The notes: generated by a model from the letters alone, not told the origin. Positions 1 through 8,385 are shown, counted from the stretch's first letter. The stretch is DNA of 64,000 nt from a virus (IMGVR_UViG_3300010403_000021:64001-128000); one strand, 5' to 3'. A program made the numbers and translations.

Positions 1-460
1 AGGGGTTGGAATTAGATACAAGACTGTATTGAATTAAAGAAAAAGAGAAATAATAGTAACCGTTTTAAGCGGTTATTTTAGTTTTTTCAACGGAAAAAGG
101 GCTAATTTACAGGATAATCAACGGAAATAGTTGTTTTTTGCCGAATTTTCTACGGTTTAGCATTTTCAGCATTCTAGCATAAGGGGCATTATGGTGAATT
201 CAGCTATTGAACATAGTAGTAGGCATAATGCCGTTGATATAGGTAAGACTGTATATAGGTATATGGTAGTAGGGGCTGCTATGTTGCCTATTATCTGTAT
301 TAGTATGGTTACATTGTTCGCATTTGTTGTTATTCTCTATGTATTTGGTAGTTTTGTAGTAGTAGCACTAGAATAATCAAGGGTATATCCATTACTTTAC
401 CCCGCCATATTACATTAAATAAACAATAAGATAGGTACAATACATGCTCTGACCTGCTAT

Positions 461-489
461 GTGACAAATGTCAGACAATGATATATAAT
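461..489 (+). promoter_or_regulatory. sigmaA/HrdB-type promoter; -35 overlapped by a TGACA-aa-TGTCA inverted repeat
   Basis: GTGACA(461-466)-17 nt-TATAAT(484-489); ATG 6 nt downstream at 496. Confidence 0.7.
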
Positions 490-495
490 GATTGA

Positions 496-672
496 ATGAA
501 TAAAGACATACGATACACCATTCGCTTTACTAATAAAGAATGGGAAGGCATAACAAAGCGGGCTAATAGTAAAGATATGAAGCTTAGTGAATACATAAGG
601 GCTATGATTGATAAAGGGGAAATAGCAGACTACAAAGATAAGAGTAGTGATAGTGGTGGATTCACATGGTAA
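496..672 (+). CDS. Ribbon-helix-helix (CopG/MobC-like) DNA-binding protein, 58 aa, not in the ORF track
   Basis: Hand translation MNKDIRYTIRFTNKEWEGITKRANSKDMKLSEYIRAMIDKG...; beta-strand plus 'E..I...A....lSEYIR' RHH pattern; leaderless promoter. Confidence 0.75.
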   Translation: MNKDIRYTIRFTNKEWEGITKRANSKDMKLSEYIRAMIDKGEIADYKDKSSDSGGFTW

Positions 673-681
673 GGGGTGTAT

Positions 682-948
682 ATGAGCTATGTAGATGAAT
701 CAATTGATATCAAGGTTAGTTCTACTACTGCCACCCGCGTTATTCGCCAATGTATTTATATTACCCATGCAATGGGGTACGGATATAAACTAAACGCCTC
801 TATGACGGACTATTGGGGGTCTATGGCATGGTGGGTACTGCACTACCCTGACACCATTGAGCTACTAGAGAACGCCTATTACGATGCCCTGACGTGGATG
901 TGTGACAACGTTATTGATAGTGGGGTAGTGGGACCTAGGGTAGGCTAA
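682..948 (+). CDS. Hypothetical protein
   Basis: ORF directly after the RHH gene with AAGGGG RBS before ATG 682. Confidence 0.5.
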   Translation: MSYVDESIDIKVSSTTATRVIRQCIYITHAMGYGYKLNASMTDYWGSMAWWVLHYPDTIELLENAYYDALTWMCDNVIDSGVVGPRVG

Positions 949-1216
949 TGATCATGGTAGGTAGAGGCTGTGAGGCTGCATGATAGTGCCATGTGGTAGT
1001 GATGCACTGATGTGTGTATGTGTTGAGCTATTGATAGTGGATAATGTAATTGAATTACCATTACCATATGGTATGTCAAGGGTCATATCCCTTCCCCGGC
1101 TGAATTCCACTAGAGAATATGTTCTTATTACATTACTTACAATGAAAGGTGTGATAACACTAAGATGTACTAGAAACAAACCATTCAATGTTTACACTCA
1201 CACAATACATTGATGG

Positions 1217-1246
1217 GTAATGCCTATTAAATCCAATAGGCATTAC
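1217..1246. repeat. 12-bp perfect inverted repeat between converging gene blocks (possible terminator or binding site)
   Basis: GTAATGCCTATT-aaatcc-AATAGGCATTAC. Confidence 0.6.
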
Positions 1247-1464
1247 ACCAAATTCATTTTAAGCGCATTTTAAAAGTCAAAACGTGGCGATATTTTGACA
1301 AGCGATCATAAGGTTTTATTTTGCCTATTCTGTGCGCTCTATATCGAATTGTTTTTCTTTTAGATTGCTACATCATATATCTTATAAAAAATATTCAAAA
1401 ATTGAGATTTGAAAATAGTTGATCTTGAAAGGCATAAATATTTAATCTCTGCGCCCACACCAAT

Positions 1465-1677
1465 CTATCTTTTATTCGCACGTTTAATATGATCATCTCT
1501 GTTTTTCTTTGCTGTTCTGAGAGCTGCTGATCTATCTTTGACCTGCTTTTTAGCCGCCGCGATTTTTTCTTTATCGTCACTATGATATTTTTCAACCATA
1601 ATCAATTGTGCTTTGGCTAGATTTAAAGCATCTTCTTCCAATGTCACTATATAATCATGTTGTCTTTTTGTAGTCAT
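1465..1677 (-). CDS. Hypothetical basic helical protein
   Basis: 70-aa ORF; start overlaps stop of upstream minus-strand gene. Confidence 0.65.
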   Translation of the reverse strand: MTTKRQHDYIVTLEEDALNLAKAQLIMVEKYHSDDKEKIAAAKKQVKDRSAALRTAKKNRDDHIKRANKR

Positions 1678-1982
1678 TATTCCTCTGGTGGTAGTATTAC
1701 TTCGCTGAAATATGTTTGAAATCTATCCAAGTATGCTTGTTCATCTCTTGGTATTGCTTGATAGACTAGTTCGTTGATTGTGTATTCTACATCTTTATCT
1801 CTATAAGGTACTATGGATTTACTTGCTTGTCTTGATGATGGTAGATGATAAAGATAAATACTGAACCATCTTCTCCCGGCGTAAACATAGGTTTCTGATT
1901 CACAAACAAAATCTTCCACCGGTTCTGTTACACCATATTGTGTAAATATATCCGTAAGCTTTAAAACTGTCATTCTTTGCAT
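1677..1982 (-). CDS. Hypothetical protein
   Basis: Strong AAGGAGG RBS; TACAAT -10-like element upstream. Confidence 0.75.
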   Translation of the reverse strand: MQRMTVLKLTDIFTQYGVTEPVEDFVCESETYVYAGRRWFSIYLYHLPSSRQASKSIVPYRDKDVEYTINELVYQAIPRDEQAYLDRFQTYFSEVILPPEE

Positions 1983-2010
1983 ATTGTCACCTCCTTGACT
2001 ATATTGTACT

Positions 2011-2289
2011 CTAGCCTGAAGGTTTCTGTTTATTGATCTTTTCTAACTCACGCACTGATTTTACAATGCTGGCTTCGGCCTTTTTGATAGCCTTTTTGGC
2101 ATCTTTAATATTCTTGATGCACTTTAGTTTTTTGGCCGTCGTAGAGTTCTTGCTATTTCTTACATTGCTCAATGCCGCTTCGGCAGTATTTTTCAACATT
2201 TGTGCGGCAAAGGCTATCTTTCGCTGTTGTTCAATATTTCTCAGCTCACTAGAGCGTCTGCTATTCCATTGTTCCAATGATTCTGGCAT
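2011..2289 (-). CDS. Hypothetical Lys/Ala-rich coiled-coil protein
   Basis: 92-aa ORF abutting upstream gene. Confidence 0.65.
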   Translation of the reverse strand: MPESLEQWNSRRSSELRNIEQQRKIAFAAQMLKNTAEAALSNVRNSKNSTTAKKLKCIKNIKDAKKAIKKAEASIVKSVRELEKINKQKPSG

Positions 2290-2502
2290 CTATCTTCCCT
2301 TTGATCGTCTGGCCAAAGCTGCTTCCGCTCTGACTCTTGCTGTTCTGGCTTTATTTAATTGTCTTTTTGTTTTCTTCACCGCGAGTTTAGCGGCACTTAT
2401 TCTAGCTTGATCTTTTGATTTCAATGCCGCTGTTTCTTCACGTTGTGCTTTGAGCACTTGGGTTTCAGCATCTGAGACCGCTTTATCCAGATCTTTGCTC
2501 AT
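2290..2502 (-). CDS. Hypothetical Lys/Arg/Ala-rich helical protein
   Basis: Start re-set to MSKDLD (GGAG upstream, overlaps end of HAD gene). Confidence 0.6.
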   Translation of the reverse strand: MSKDLDKAVSDAETQVLKAQREETAALKSKDQARISAAKLAVKKTKRQLNKARTARVRAEAALARRSKGR

Positions 2503-2992
2503 CCATCCACTCCTTTGTTTTGATAAGATCTTTTGCTGTAATACCCAGCTTAGGATCAATCCATTGTAAAGAACATGGTTCTTTACGTTGAGATTCGAAC
2601 CATCTTAGTTCTTTTTTATACTTGTTGAAGTCATCATCAAACCACACAAACTGTTCACCGGCGCAATAATCAAGTACCGCGTTATATTTCCATTTATGTG
2701 CTGTCCATCCGAAATTAATAACTGGAAGTTCCGGTAGTCCAATCAAGGGGGCAATCATGCTATTGGCATCATCTTCCCATGTTGTACACCACACAAGCTT
2801 GCAATCACTTTCCGCCGCGAAATTTAACAACATCGGTCCATGATCTTTATTAAGCCAAACACGCAAAGGTTTATCTTTCGGAATACCAAGCGGGGCTAAT
2901 CTATAAGTATCATAGCCTGCTGGTCGTCTGGTGGGTTTAGCCGCATATGGATTTAATGGCCCGTCTACATCAATCAGTAGAAGCATTTTCAA
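2483..2992 (-). CDS. HAD-superfamily phosphatase, Swiss-Army-Knife RNA-repair-like type
   Basis: DVDGPLN motif I, 'LVWCTTWEDDAN' motif II, 'WFDDD' motif IV. Confidence 0.85.
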   Translation of the reverse strand: MKMLLLIDVDGPLNPYAAKPTRRPAGYDTYRLAPLGIPKDKPLRVWLNKDHGPMLLNFAAESDCKLVWCTTWEDDANSMIAPLIGLPELPVINFGWTAHKWKYNAVLDYCAGEQFVWFDDDFNKYKKELRWFESQRKEPCSLQWIDPKLGITAKDLIKTKEWMDEQRSG

Positions 2993-3188
2993 TCTTCTGT
3001 CTATCTTGACCCAATAGAGGTCGCATGTACATTGTCTCTTCTAGCATATCTTCAAGCTGCTTGCGCACATGAATAGCACCATAAGTTTTCAAGCCATTAA
3101 GCGCACTCAGTGCTCGATTAATAAAATATACGACATCGGCGATCTCATCAATCGCCTGGTCAAGCATAACTACTTTAATATCAGCCAT
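2970..3188 (-). CDS. Hypothetical protein
   Basis: 72-aa ORF with AGGAAAG RBS. Confidence 0.65.
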   Translation of the reverse strand: MADIKVVMLDQAIDEIADVVYFINRALSALNGLKTYGAIHVRKQLEDMLEETMYMRPLLGQDRQKIENASTD

Positions 3189-3219
3189 TATCTTTCCTAT
3201 TCATATAATGAAAAATGAG

Positions 3220-3243
3220 ATCGGTGGCCAATAGACCACCGAT
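3220..3243 (-). terminator. Possible intrinsic terminator for leftward transcripts
   Basis: ATCGGTGG-8-CCACCGAT stem followed on minus strand by CTCATTTTT. Confidence 0.45.
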
Positions 3244-3271
3244 AACAACAATCCAAGCTATTAATACAAAA

Positions 3272-3493
3272 CTAGTCATTTTCTTCTACATATTCAAAAT
3301 CATTCATAAATACTTCATCACTTGGATCTACCAGCGGTAAAGGCTTTTCTGGCTTCAGCCATTTCTCTCTGATCCAAACCCCGCCTAGTTCGGCCGGTAG
3401 AGCATGAAGGATATCAGTCAAAAGCTCATACAACTCATGATTATACGGCGTAGCTTTGACCAGTTTGGTAATCGGTATAGCATTCTCGTTCAC
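3272..3493 (-). CDS. Hypothetical protein
   Basis: ORF within the dense minus-strand run. Confidence 0.5.
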   Translation of the reverse strand: MNENAIPITKLVKATPYNHELYELLTDILHALPAELGGVWIREKWLKPEKPLPLVDPSDEVFMNDFEYVEEND

Positions 3494-3770
3494 TGTAGAA
3501 TAAGCCTCGCTTCCAAATAGTTTCTGGTTTAGTTTTGCTGCCTTCTTTCAGGTAGCCAATTCTTATAACATATTTATTACCTACAGGACAACCAACTTTT
3601 GTCAGCCTATATATTTCATCGATCCTAGTAAATGAATTCATAAATGAGTCATGAAAATTAACATTAGGACTGCTTGGTTTTATATAACTGTGATAATAAG
3701 TAGACTGTAATGGCTCAACAAACATCTTTTTATTATTCAGTCGGCCACCATGAAAAGTTATCTTAGGCAC
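3441..3770 (-). CDS. Hypothetical protein
   Basis: 109-aa ORF overlapping neighbours. Confidence 0.55.
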   Translation of the reverse strand: MPKITFHGGRLNNKKMFVEPLQSTYYHSYIKPSSPNVNFHDSFMNSFTRIDEIYRLTKVGCPVGNKYVIRIGYLKEGSKTKPETIWKRGLFYSERECYTDYQTGQSYAV

Positions 3771-4273
3771 TCGAATACTTTCTTATTCCATTTGGCATCA
3801 TAAAGAGGGTGATGCTCAATCTCAGGACCAAAACCTAGATAGATCCCAGGCCTCATATTATCTTCAATATATTGTTGAATCTCGTGGGTAAACATAGGAA
3901 TAGGTTCCGGCAAATTCATCATAGGACCCCAACACTGAGCTAGGCGCACATGGTCATACGCCGCATAGTAGGCCCAGAGCTGTACGTCGTCTCTTGACAA
4001 GATCCTACCACCATCCGACACAAAGTCAAGCATGATCGGAGCGAAGTACTCGAACGGAATAGCATAGTCGATATAATCGTTTTCGCTGATGTGCTTTAGC
4101 ACATTATCTTGCAACCATTGACTAGGCTCATATTCACCTGATTGTACTGCGTCAATATAATCTTTGTTGATCATATATAGTTCACGATCATTTTCATCTA
4201 CCATACCTATAGAAATAGGCTTTACGGTTTCACCGTCTTCATCAAATTCCCAATCATAGAAGATTCTACGCAT
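3758..4273 (-). CDS. DEDD 3'-5' exoribonuclease, Rv2179c/RNase AS-like
   Basis: 'FYDWEFDEDG...ISIGMV', 'WAYYAAYDHVRL', 'EHHPLYDAKWN' match RNase AS-like family motifs. Confidence 0.85.
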   Translation of the reverse strand: MRRIFYDWEFDEDGETVKPISIGMVDENDRELYMINKDYIDAVQSGEYEPSQWLQDNVLKHISENDYIDYAIPFEYFAPIMLDFVSDGGRILSRDDVQLWAYYAAYDHVRLAQCWGPMMNLPEPIPMFTHEIQQYIEDNMRPGIYLGFGPEIEHHPLYDAKWNKKVFECLR

Positions 4274-4698
4274 TAGTCAACCCATACAATCTTTGTCAGT
4301 TCGCCATGTCCATGAATTCTAATGACTGATTCAATATCATCATATGTTCCGCCGGTACCAGGTAGACCATTTTTAGTAGGCCATCTAACAGCAACACTTC
4401 CATCAGACCACTGAATTCCTTCAGTGATTCTACCGGTGCCTGAAACACCAGAAACATCCTCTGATCGTTCTAAATAAAATCTTTTCATTTTCTCTGTCTC
4501 CGTAGGTTCATTATCAAAAATAAGCTTATAAAACTCTGGGTAATCTTCTTCCCAGTTACCGGTTCTTTTTAAAACTGATTCAACCAATGGGCTTACTTCT
4601 TTTTCCATTTTACGTGCTGTTTGACGTAAAATATACTCACCATGATCTAAAATAGTAGCCATTGTTTGAAAAATTCTATTGTAATCTTTGTCGCGCAT
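4273..4698 (-). CDS. Hypothetical protein with conserved actinophage 'F.L.R..DVSGVSGTG' domain
   Basis: C-terminal 'FYLERSEDVSGVSGTGRITEGIQWSDGSVAVRW'. Confidence 0.75.
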   Translation of the reverse strand: MRDKDYNRIFQTMATILDHGEYILRQTARKMEKEVSPLVESVLKRTGNWEEDYPEFYKLIFDNEPTETEKMKRFYLERSEDVSGVSGTGRITEGIQWSDGSVAVRWPTKNGLPGTGGTYDDIESVIRIHGHGELTKIVWVD

Positions 4699-5278
4699 CC
4701 AATGCTCCTCTCAACATGTCAGCCAGCACATAAGCATGGCCCATTTTTACTTTAGGGTTATTCAAAATCTCTTGAAAAGTCAAATCATCGGCGGTATCGC
4801 CGGGGTAAACATCATAATCCAATAATGTAACAAGCTCTTCGCTATCTACAAAATATAGAAAATTGTTAAAAAGCTCATCTAATTTATGAACAGCCATTTT
4901 ATATGATGGAACATAGATAGTTTTACGTGCTTCGATATAATCGATTGGCTTACCAATCCATGAATATAATGGTATAGCTCCACGTCCCATCGGATATCTA
5001 CAAGCCCATTTATTGGAAAAACCTTCATCTCGCCATTCATACCATTCAGCATTAGGCTTGCCATTATCATCATGATGTGCATAAACTTTGGAATACTGCC
5101 AGCCATTTTCGACATTTTTAGCAATTTTCGGCGGGGTATTTTTACCTTGATATACCGAAACAGGACCTAAAAGCATAGGACTGAATTCACGACCTAAACC
5201 TACACCTGATGTTGTTATATTAATAACGGCACCTTTAGGTTTGCTGTTATATACGCTACGAACTATAATTTTAGTCAT
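4676..5278 (-). CDS. Conserved hypothetical protein (DUF6939-like; possibly NADAR-related)
   Basis: 'FSPMLLGPV...AKNVENGWQYSKVY...EARKTIYVP' motif set. Confidence 0.6.
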   Translation of the reverse strand: MTKIIVRSVYNSKPKGAVINITTSGVGLGREFSPMLLGPVSVYQGKNTPPKIAKNVENGWQYSKVYAHHDDNGKPNAEWYEWRDEGFSNKWACRYPMGRGAIPLYSWIGKPIDYIEARKTIYVPSYKMAVHKLDELFNNFLYFVDSEELVTLLDYDVYPGDTADDLTFQEILNNPKVKMGHAYVLADMLRGALDARQRLQ

Positions 5279-5517
5279 AGATGACCGCCTTCAGATTCCC
5301 ATTTTTGAATATAAGCAATCCATTCTGGATCAAATCCTGAAGACTTGATAAATTCTTCCCAATCCATAGAACAATATTCACATGGATATTCTTGCTCCAC
5401 CCCGCCGTCTATAACGGCACAGAGCTTATTCGTATTAGAGTTATGTTTGCCATATCCATATTTACATCCATGCCACTTACAACAATGTGTAGAGCAAGCG
5501 TAGCCATATTCACTCAT
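5275..5517 (-). CDS. Hypothetical Cys/His-rich protein
   Basis: 'CSTHCCKWHGCKYG' and CEYC; coupled start/stop. Confidence 0.65.
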   Translation of the reverse strand: MSEYGYACSTHCCKWHGCKYGYGKHNSNTNKLCAVIDGGVEQEYPCEYCSMDWEEFIKSSGFDPEWIAYIQKWESEGGHL

Positions 5518-5821
5518 TAGTCACAACACCATTAGCGGCTTCGACAATTTCCTTGAGGATTTCAGCAAAATCAAAGTCTTCATAACTAATTTCCGTGCTA
5601 AGACTTCTGCCCTTGTTGCTCCGTGAAGTAATAAGAACGTTAGCTGATGGACTTTCGGCAAAGCAACAATAACAATCAGGGTCTTTACCGTTACAACACA
5701 TGTAACCTTCATTGAAATTCATGGTTACATTGACATCATCAGCATTAATATACTCGTTCTTACGCAAAAGATACTTCAATCTGTTACGACCCCAATGCTT
5801 TAATGCCTGATCATACTTCAT
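5510..5821 (-). CDS. Hypothetical protein
   Basis: 103-aa ORF, coupled to neighbours. Confidence 0.7.
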   Translation of the reverse strand: MKYDQALKHWGRNRLKYLLRKNEYINADDVNVTMNFNEGYMCCNGKDPDCYCCFAESPSANVLITSRSNKGRSLSTEISYEDFDFAEILKEIVEAANGVVTNE

Positions 5822-6110
5822 TTCTTCTATCCTCTACAAATTCGGCTGTATAAAGTGCTGATGGTAAATCGTAATTAACGATAACGTACTCTACATCACC
5901 TTCAAGAGTGTGGAAAATAAGAACATTATCTCTGACAATAGATACAAATTTACTATCATCAAGGACTTCTTCCGCGATTTCCATCTCATCCGGCAGTGGT
6001 CCATAAAAATATACGCCAATGATGTTTTCATAAGCGTCATCATATTCCGCAATAATTTCCATTAAATGTCCAATCTCATTGGGCCATATTCTTTGACGAC
6101 CTTTGACCAC
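5811..6110 (-). CDS. Hypothetical acidic protein
   Basis: ORF in minus-strand run; start uncertain. Confidence 0.6.
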   Translation of the reverse strand: MVKGRQRIWPNEIGHLMEIIAEYDDAYENIIGVYFYGPLPDEMEIAEEVLDDSKFVSIVRDNVLIFHTLEGDVEYVIVNYDLPSALYTAEFVEDRRNEV

Positions 6111-6235
6111 TGTAAACCAACATAAGCTAAAATATATTCAAAATGACTCAAGGACCAACCATCATTAGGTTCATCCCAATACCATCTATAGCCATCACTG
6201 TCTCTGACTCTTTTATCATGTTCTGGTTCTAGCAT
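6062..6235 (-). CDS. Hypothetical protein
   Basis: Start re-set to MLEPEH with GGAG RBS. Confidence 0.55.
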   Translation of the reverse strand: MLEPEHDKRVRDSDGYRWYWDEPNDGWSLSHFEYILAYVGLQWSKVVKEYGPMRLDI

Positions 6236-6237
6236 TA

Positions 6238-6435
6238 TTACTCCGGTTCGATAATATAAGGAAGCGGACACAATACTTCATGATTTTCATGACGTGTACC
6301 TAATTCTGTAGCTACTTCTTCATCAAAATGCGCTAAAATGTGCATCATTACGTCATAGTTACGCATACTTTGAATCAAAAGTAGATAGAGCATTTGATTT
6401 GTGTCCGGAACCTCTGGATCTTTTAGTTCACTCAT
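6238..6435 (-). CDS. Hypothetical protein
   Basis: 65-aa ORF in run. Confidence 0.65.
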   Translation of the reverse strand: MSELKDPEVPDTNQMLYLLLIQSMRNYDVMMHILAHFDEEVATELGTRHENHEVLCPLPYIIEPE

Positions 6436-6453
6436 CCATCAAGCGTACACCGC

Positions 6454-6609
6454 TCAACGTTCAGAGTCAAGCTCCTCAATGTCATAGGTCACACTTTTAT
6501 AGTGCTCTTCTACAAGATCATCCAGTGCAGAATACTCATCATCAGCTTCTACGAACACTGTTTTTACATAAACATCTTCAAAATAGATATCTGCTTTGAA
6601 TTTAGCCAT
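6454..6609 (-). CDS. Small acidic hypothetical protein, 51 aa (not in ORF track)
   Basis: Hand translation MAKFKADIYFEDVYVKTVFVEADDEYSALDDLVEEHYKSVTYDIEELDSER; overlaps thyX stop and fills the gap. Confidence 0.65.
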   Translation of the reverse strand: MAKFKADIYFEDVYVKTVFVEADDEYSALDDLVEEHYKSVTYDIEELDSER

Positions 6610-7294
6610 TGAAAACCGCCTTAAATGTTGATGGGAATAGCGGTTGTGTTAGATCTCTGACCGCTTTGGCAAACTGTTGAAACTCAAACTGTGCATCATG
6701 CTCTAAGCGTTCATTCAGAAGATGTAAAACGCCGGAAAGCGAAGTAGTCCATCGCCATCTTACATACATACCATAAGCTGGTAGAAAAAGTCTAGCTTGT
6801 TCGGCACAAACACCCATTTCCATCAATCTATTGTAATTACTCAAGCCTTCTTCAATAAATCTATCAAGTTCTTGAGTAAAAATTTCACCCATTCTTGGAT
6901 CTACTTGTTCACCTGAGCCCTGCTTGGAATTAGCCGGTGCTTCACGCCATTCGTTCTTGGATGGAATATAAAAAGTCGGCTCTTCTGTAACGTATCTGCG
7001 ACTGCTTTCGTTCCAGCCCTGCTGATCGTCAAGATGCGCACTAGCAACTGAATATTTAAACCATTGACGAGCGATCATCAATGGAGCATAGGCTTCAAAT
7101 GTAATAACCGCATGTCTAAACGGTGCAGTGTGGTTATTTTTCCATAAGAAGTTAATAAGTTTATCGTCTTTTTGGTTAAATTCTAAAGATTCTTTATCGT
7201 AAGATACTCTAGCTGCATTGGTGATCGACAAATCTGATCCCATATGGTCTACAAGACGCACATAGCCGTGATCTAACACATCAATCTTTTGCAA
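6602..7294 (-). CDS. thyX: Flavin-dependent thymidylate synthase
   Basis: 'VLDHGYVRLVDHMGSDLSITNAARVSY', 'HTAPF', 'WNESSRRY', 'ARLFLP', 'AQFE'; TTG start with GGAG RBS. Confidence 0.95.
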   Translation of the reverse strand: MQKIDVLDHGYVRLVDHMGSDLSITNAARVSYDKESLEFNQKDDKLINFLWKNNHTAPFRHAVITFEAYAPLMIARQWFKYSVASAHLDDQQGWNESSRRYVTEEPTFYIPSKNEWREAPANSKQGSGEQVDPRMGEIFTQELDRFIEEGLSNYNRLMEMGVCAEQARLFLPAYGMYVRWRWTTSLSGVLHLLNERLEHDAQFEFQQFAKAVRDLTQPLFPSTFKAVFNG

Positions 7295-7442
7295 TGTAAT
7301 GCTCCTTTACGTATTCTATAATATTGTGTAGAGCATTGGCTCTTCCTTCAATAACTGGACCCCATATTAGATCTAGATCATCGATATAAAGATCATCTAG
7401 TTGCTCTTCTACAAAACTTGATAAATCTGACTCATTACTCAT
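7281..7442 (-). CDS. Small acidic hypothetical protein, 53 aa (not in ORF track)
   Basis: Hand translation MSNESDLSSFVEEQLDDLYIDDLDLIWGPVIEGRANALHNIIEYVKEHYIAKD; ATGA overlap with upstream stop. Confidence 0.65.
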   Translation of the reverse strand: MSNESDLSSFVEEQLDDLYIDDLDLIWGPVIEGRANALHNIIEYVKEHYIAKD

Positions 7443-7657
7443 TTAAGATCACCTTTCCAATCAGGATCATTAGGACATCCATACATACTACATAATTTAT
7501 CACACGTGTGTTTCATAACATAATTCTCCTCAACAAATCCTGCAATGAGTCTAGCAGCTTCTCCTATTTCGCCTTCATAATATACAGCTTCATCGTGAGC
7601 CCCGGCGAACACAACGCTACGAATTAAATGGAACATTTCTTCTTCTAGATCTCTCAC
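7439..7657 (-). CDS. Hypothetical protein
   Basis: Coupled ORF. Confidence 0.65.
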   Translation of the reverse strand: MRDLEEEMFHLIRSVVFAGAHDEAVYYEGEIGEAARLIAGFVEENYVMKHTCDKLCSMYGCPNDPDWKGDLK

Positions 7658-7962
7658 CAGTTACCGTCCCAATAACGATCATTATAGTTTTCTCCAACAA
7701 CATCATCTACAACCTTATTAAAATCATGAATATCAACCCAAGTACGCTTAGAAAACAGATCAAACATTTTACTTATAATCCAGCTTGCATGATCAATTCT
7801 ATAATCATCGTAGCTGTCGCCTAATCCGCCGAGATTTTCCACATAATGTTTTACAACACCGGGAGGCATTACTGTTTCAACCCATTGACCATCTTCCATT
7901 TCAGCCGAAGTGTCGTGTGTTTCATAATATTCACGAAGTTCTTGTAGCTCTTGTTCAGTCAT
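7654..7962 (-). CDS. Hypothetical protein
   Basis: Coupled ORF with GGAG RBS. Confidence 0.7.
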   Translation of the reverse strand: MTEQELQELREYYETHDTSAEMEDGQWVETVMPPGVVKHYVENLGGLGDSYDDYRIDHASWIISKMFDLFSKRTWVDIHDFNKVVDDVVGENYNDRYWDGNW

Positions 7963-8218
7963 CTAAATCTCTCCAATAATAGTCGGAAGCTGCGTCCCAT
8001 GCTTTATCCAATGCTTTGAACCAAGCATCGTATTGTCTATATGACTTATCGCCATAATTATTTTCTAATTCAGTAATAGCGTTTAGGTAAAAATAAATAC
8101 TGGTATGCCCATGTCTATATCTTTCCATTAATAGATCGCTAAAATCCTCCGGTTTTTCCAGGTGATCAAAAAGACCATCTATTAAAGCATCATATACTTC
8201 TTGATTAAAATCTATCAT
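7955..8218 (-). CDS. Hypothetical protein
   Basis: ATGA-coupled ORF. Confidence 0.7.
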   Translation of the reverse strand: MIDFNQEVYDALIDGLFDHLEKPEDFSDLLMERYRHGHTSIYFYLNAITELENNYGDKSYRQYDAWFKALDKAWDAASDYYWRDLDD

Positions 8219-8385
8219 ACTCTAAACTCCGAATCAACAGGTAGATTGATTCTACACTGACGACAAAACATAATATAATTATATGGATTGAAAGTCATAT
8301 CAATATATTGTACGTGGGAGAGTTTTACGATTCTCTCCCCGCAATCCTGACATTCCACCCAATACTTATCATCTGGATTGATCAT
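8215..8385 (-). CDS. Small zinc-ribbon-like protein
   Basis: CQDC and CRQC pairs; ATGA overlap at 8382-8385. Confidence 0.6.
   Translation of the reverse strand: MINPDDKYWVECQDCGERIVKLSHVQYIDMTFNPYNYIMFCRQCRINLPVDSEFRV

Noticed and set aside
191-376. 61-aa hydrophobic plus-strand ORF
   Set aside because: Weak support; the hydrophobicity may simply reflect G/T-rich low-complexity DNA; no family recognised.
952-1213. Overlapping ORFs 952-1188(-) and 980-1213(+)
   Set aside because: No convincing RBS or protein-like pattern; they overlap each other in low-complexity sequence.
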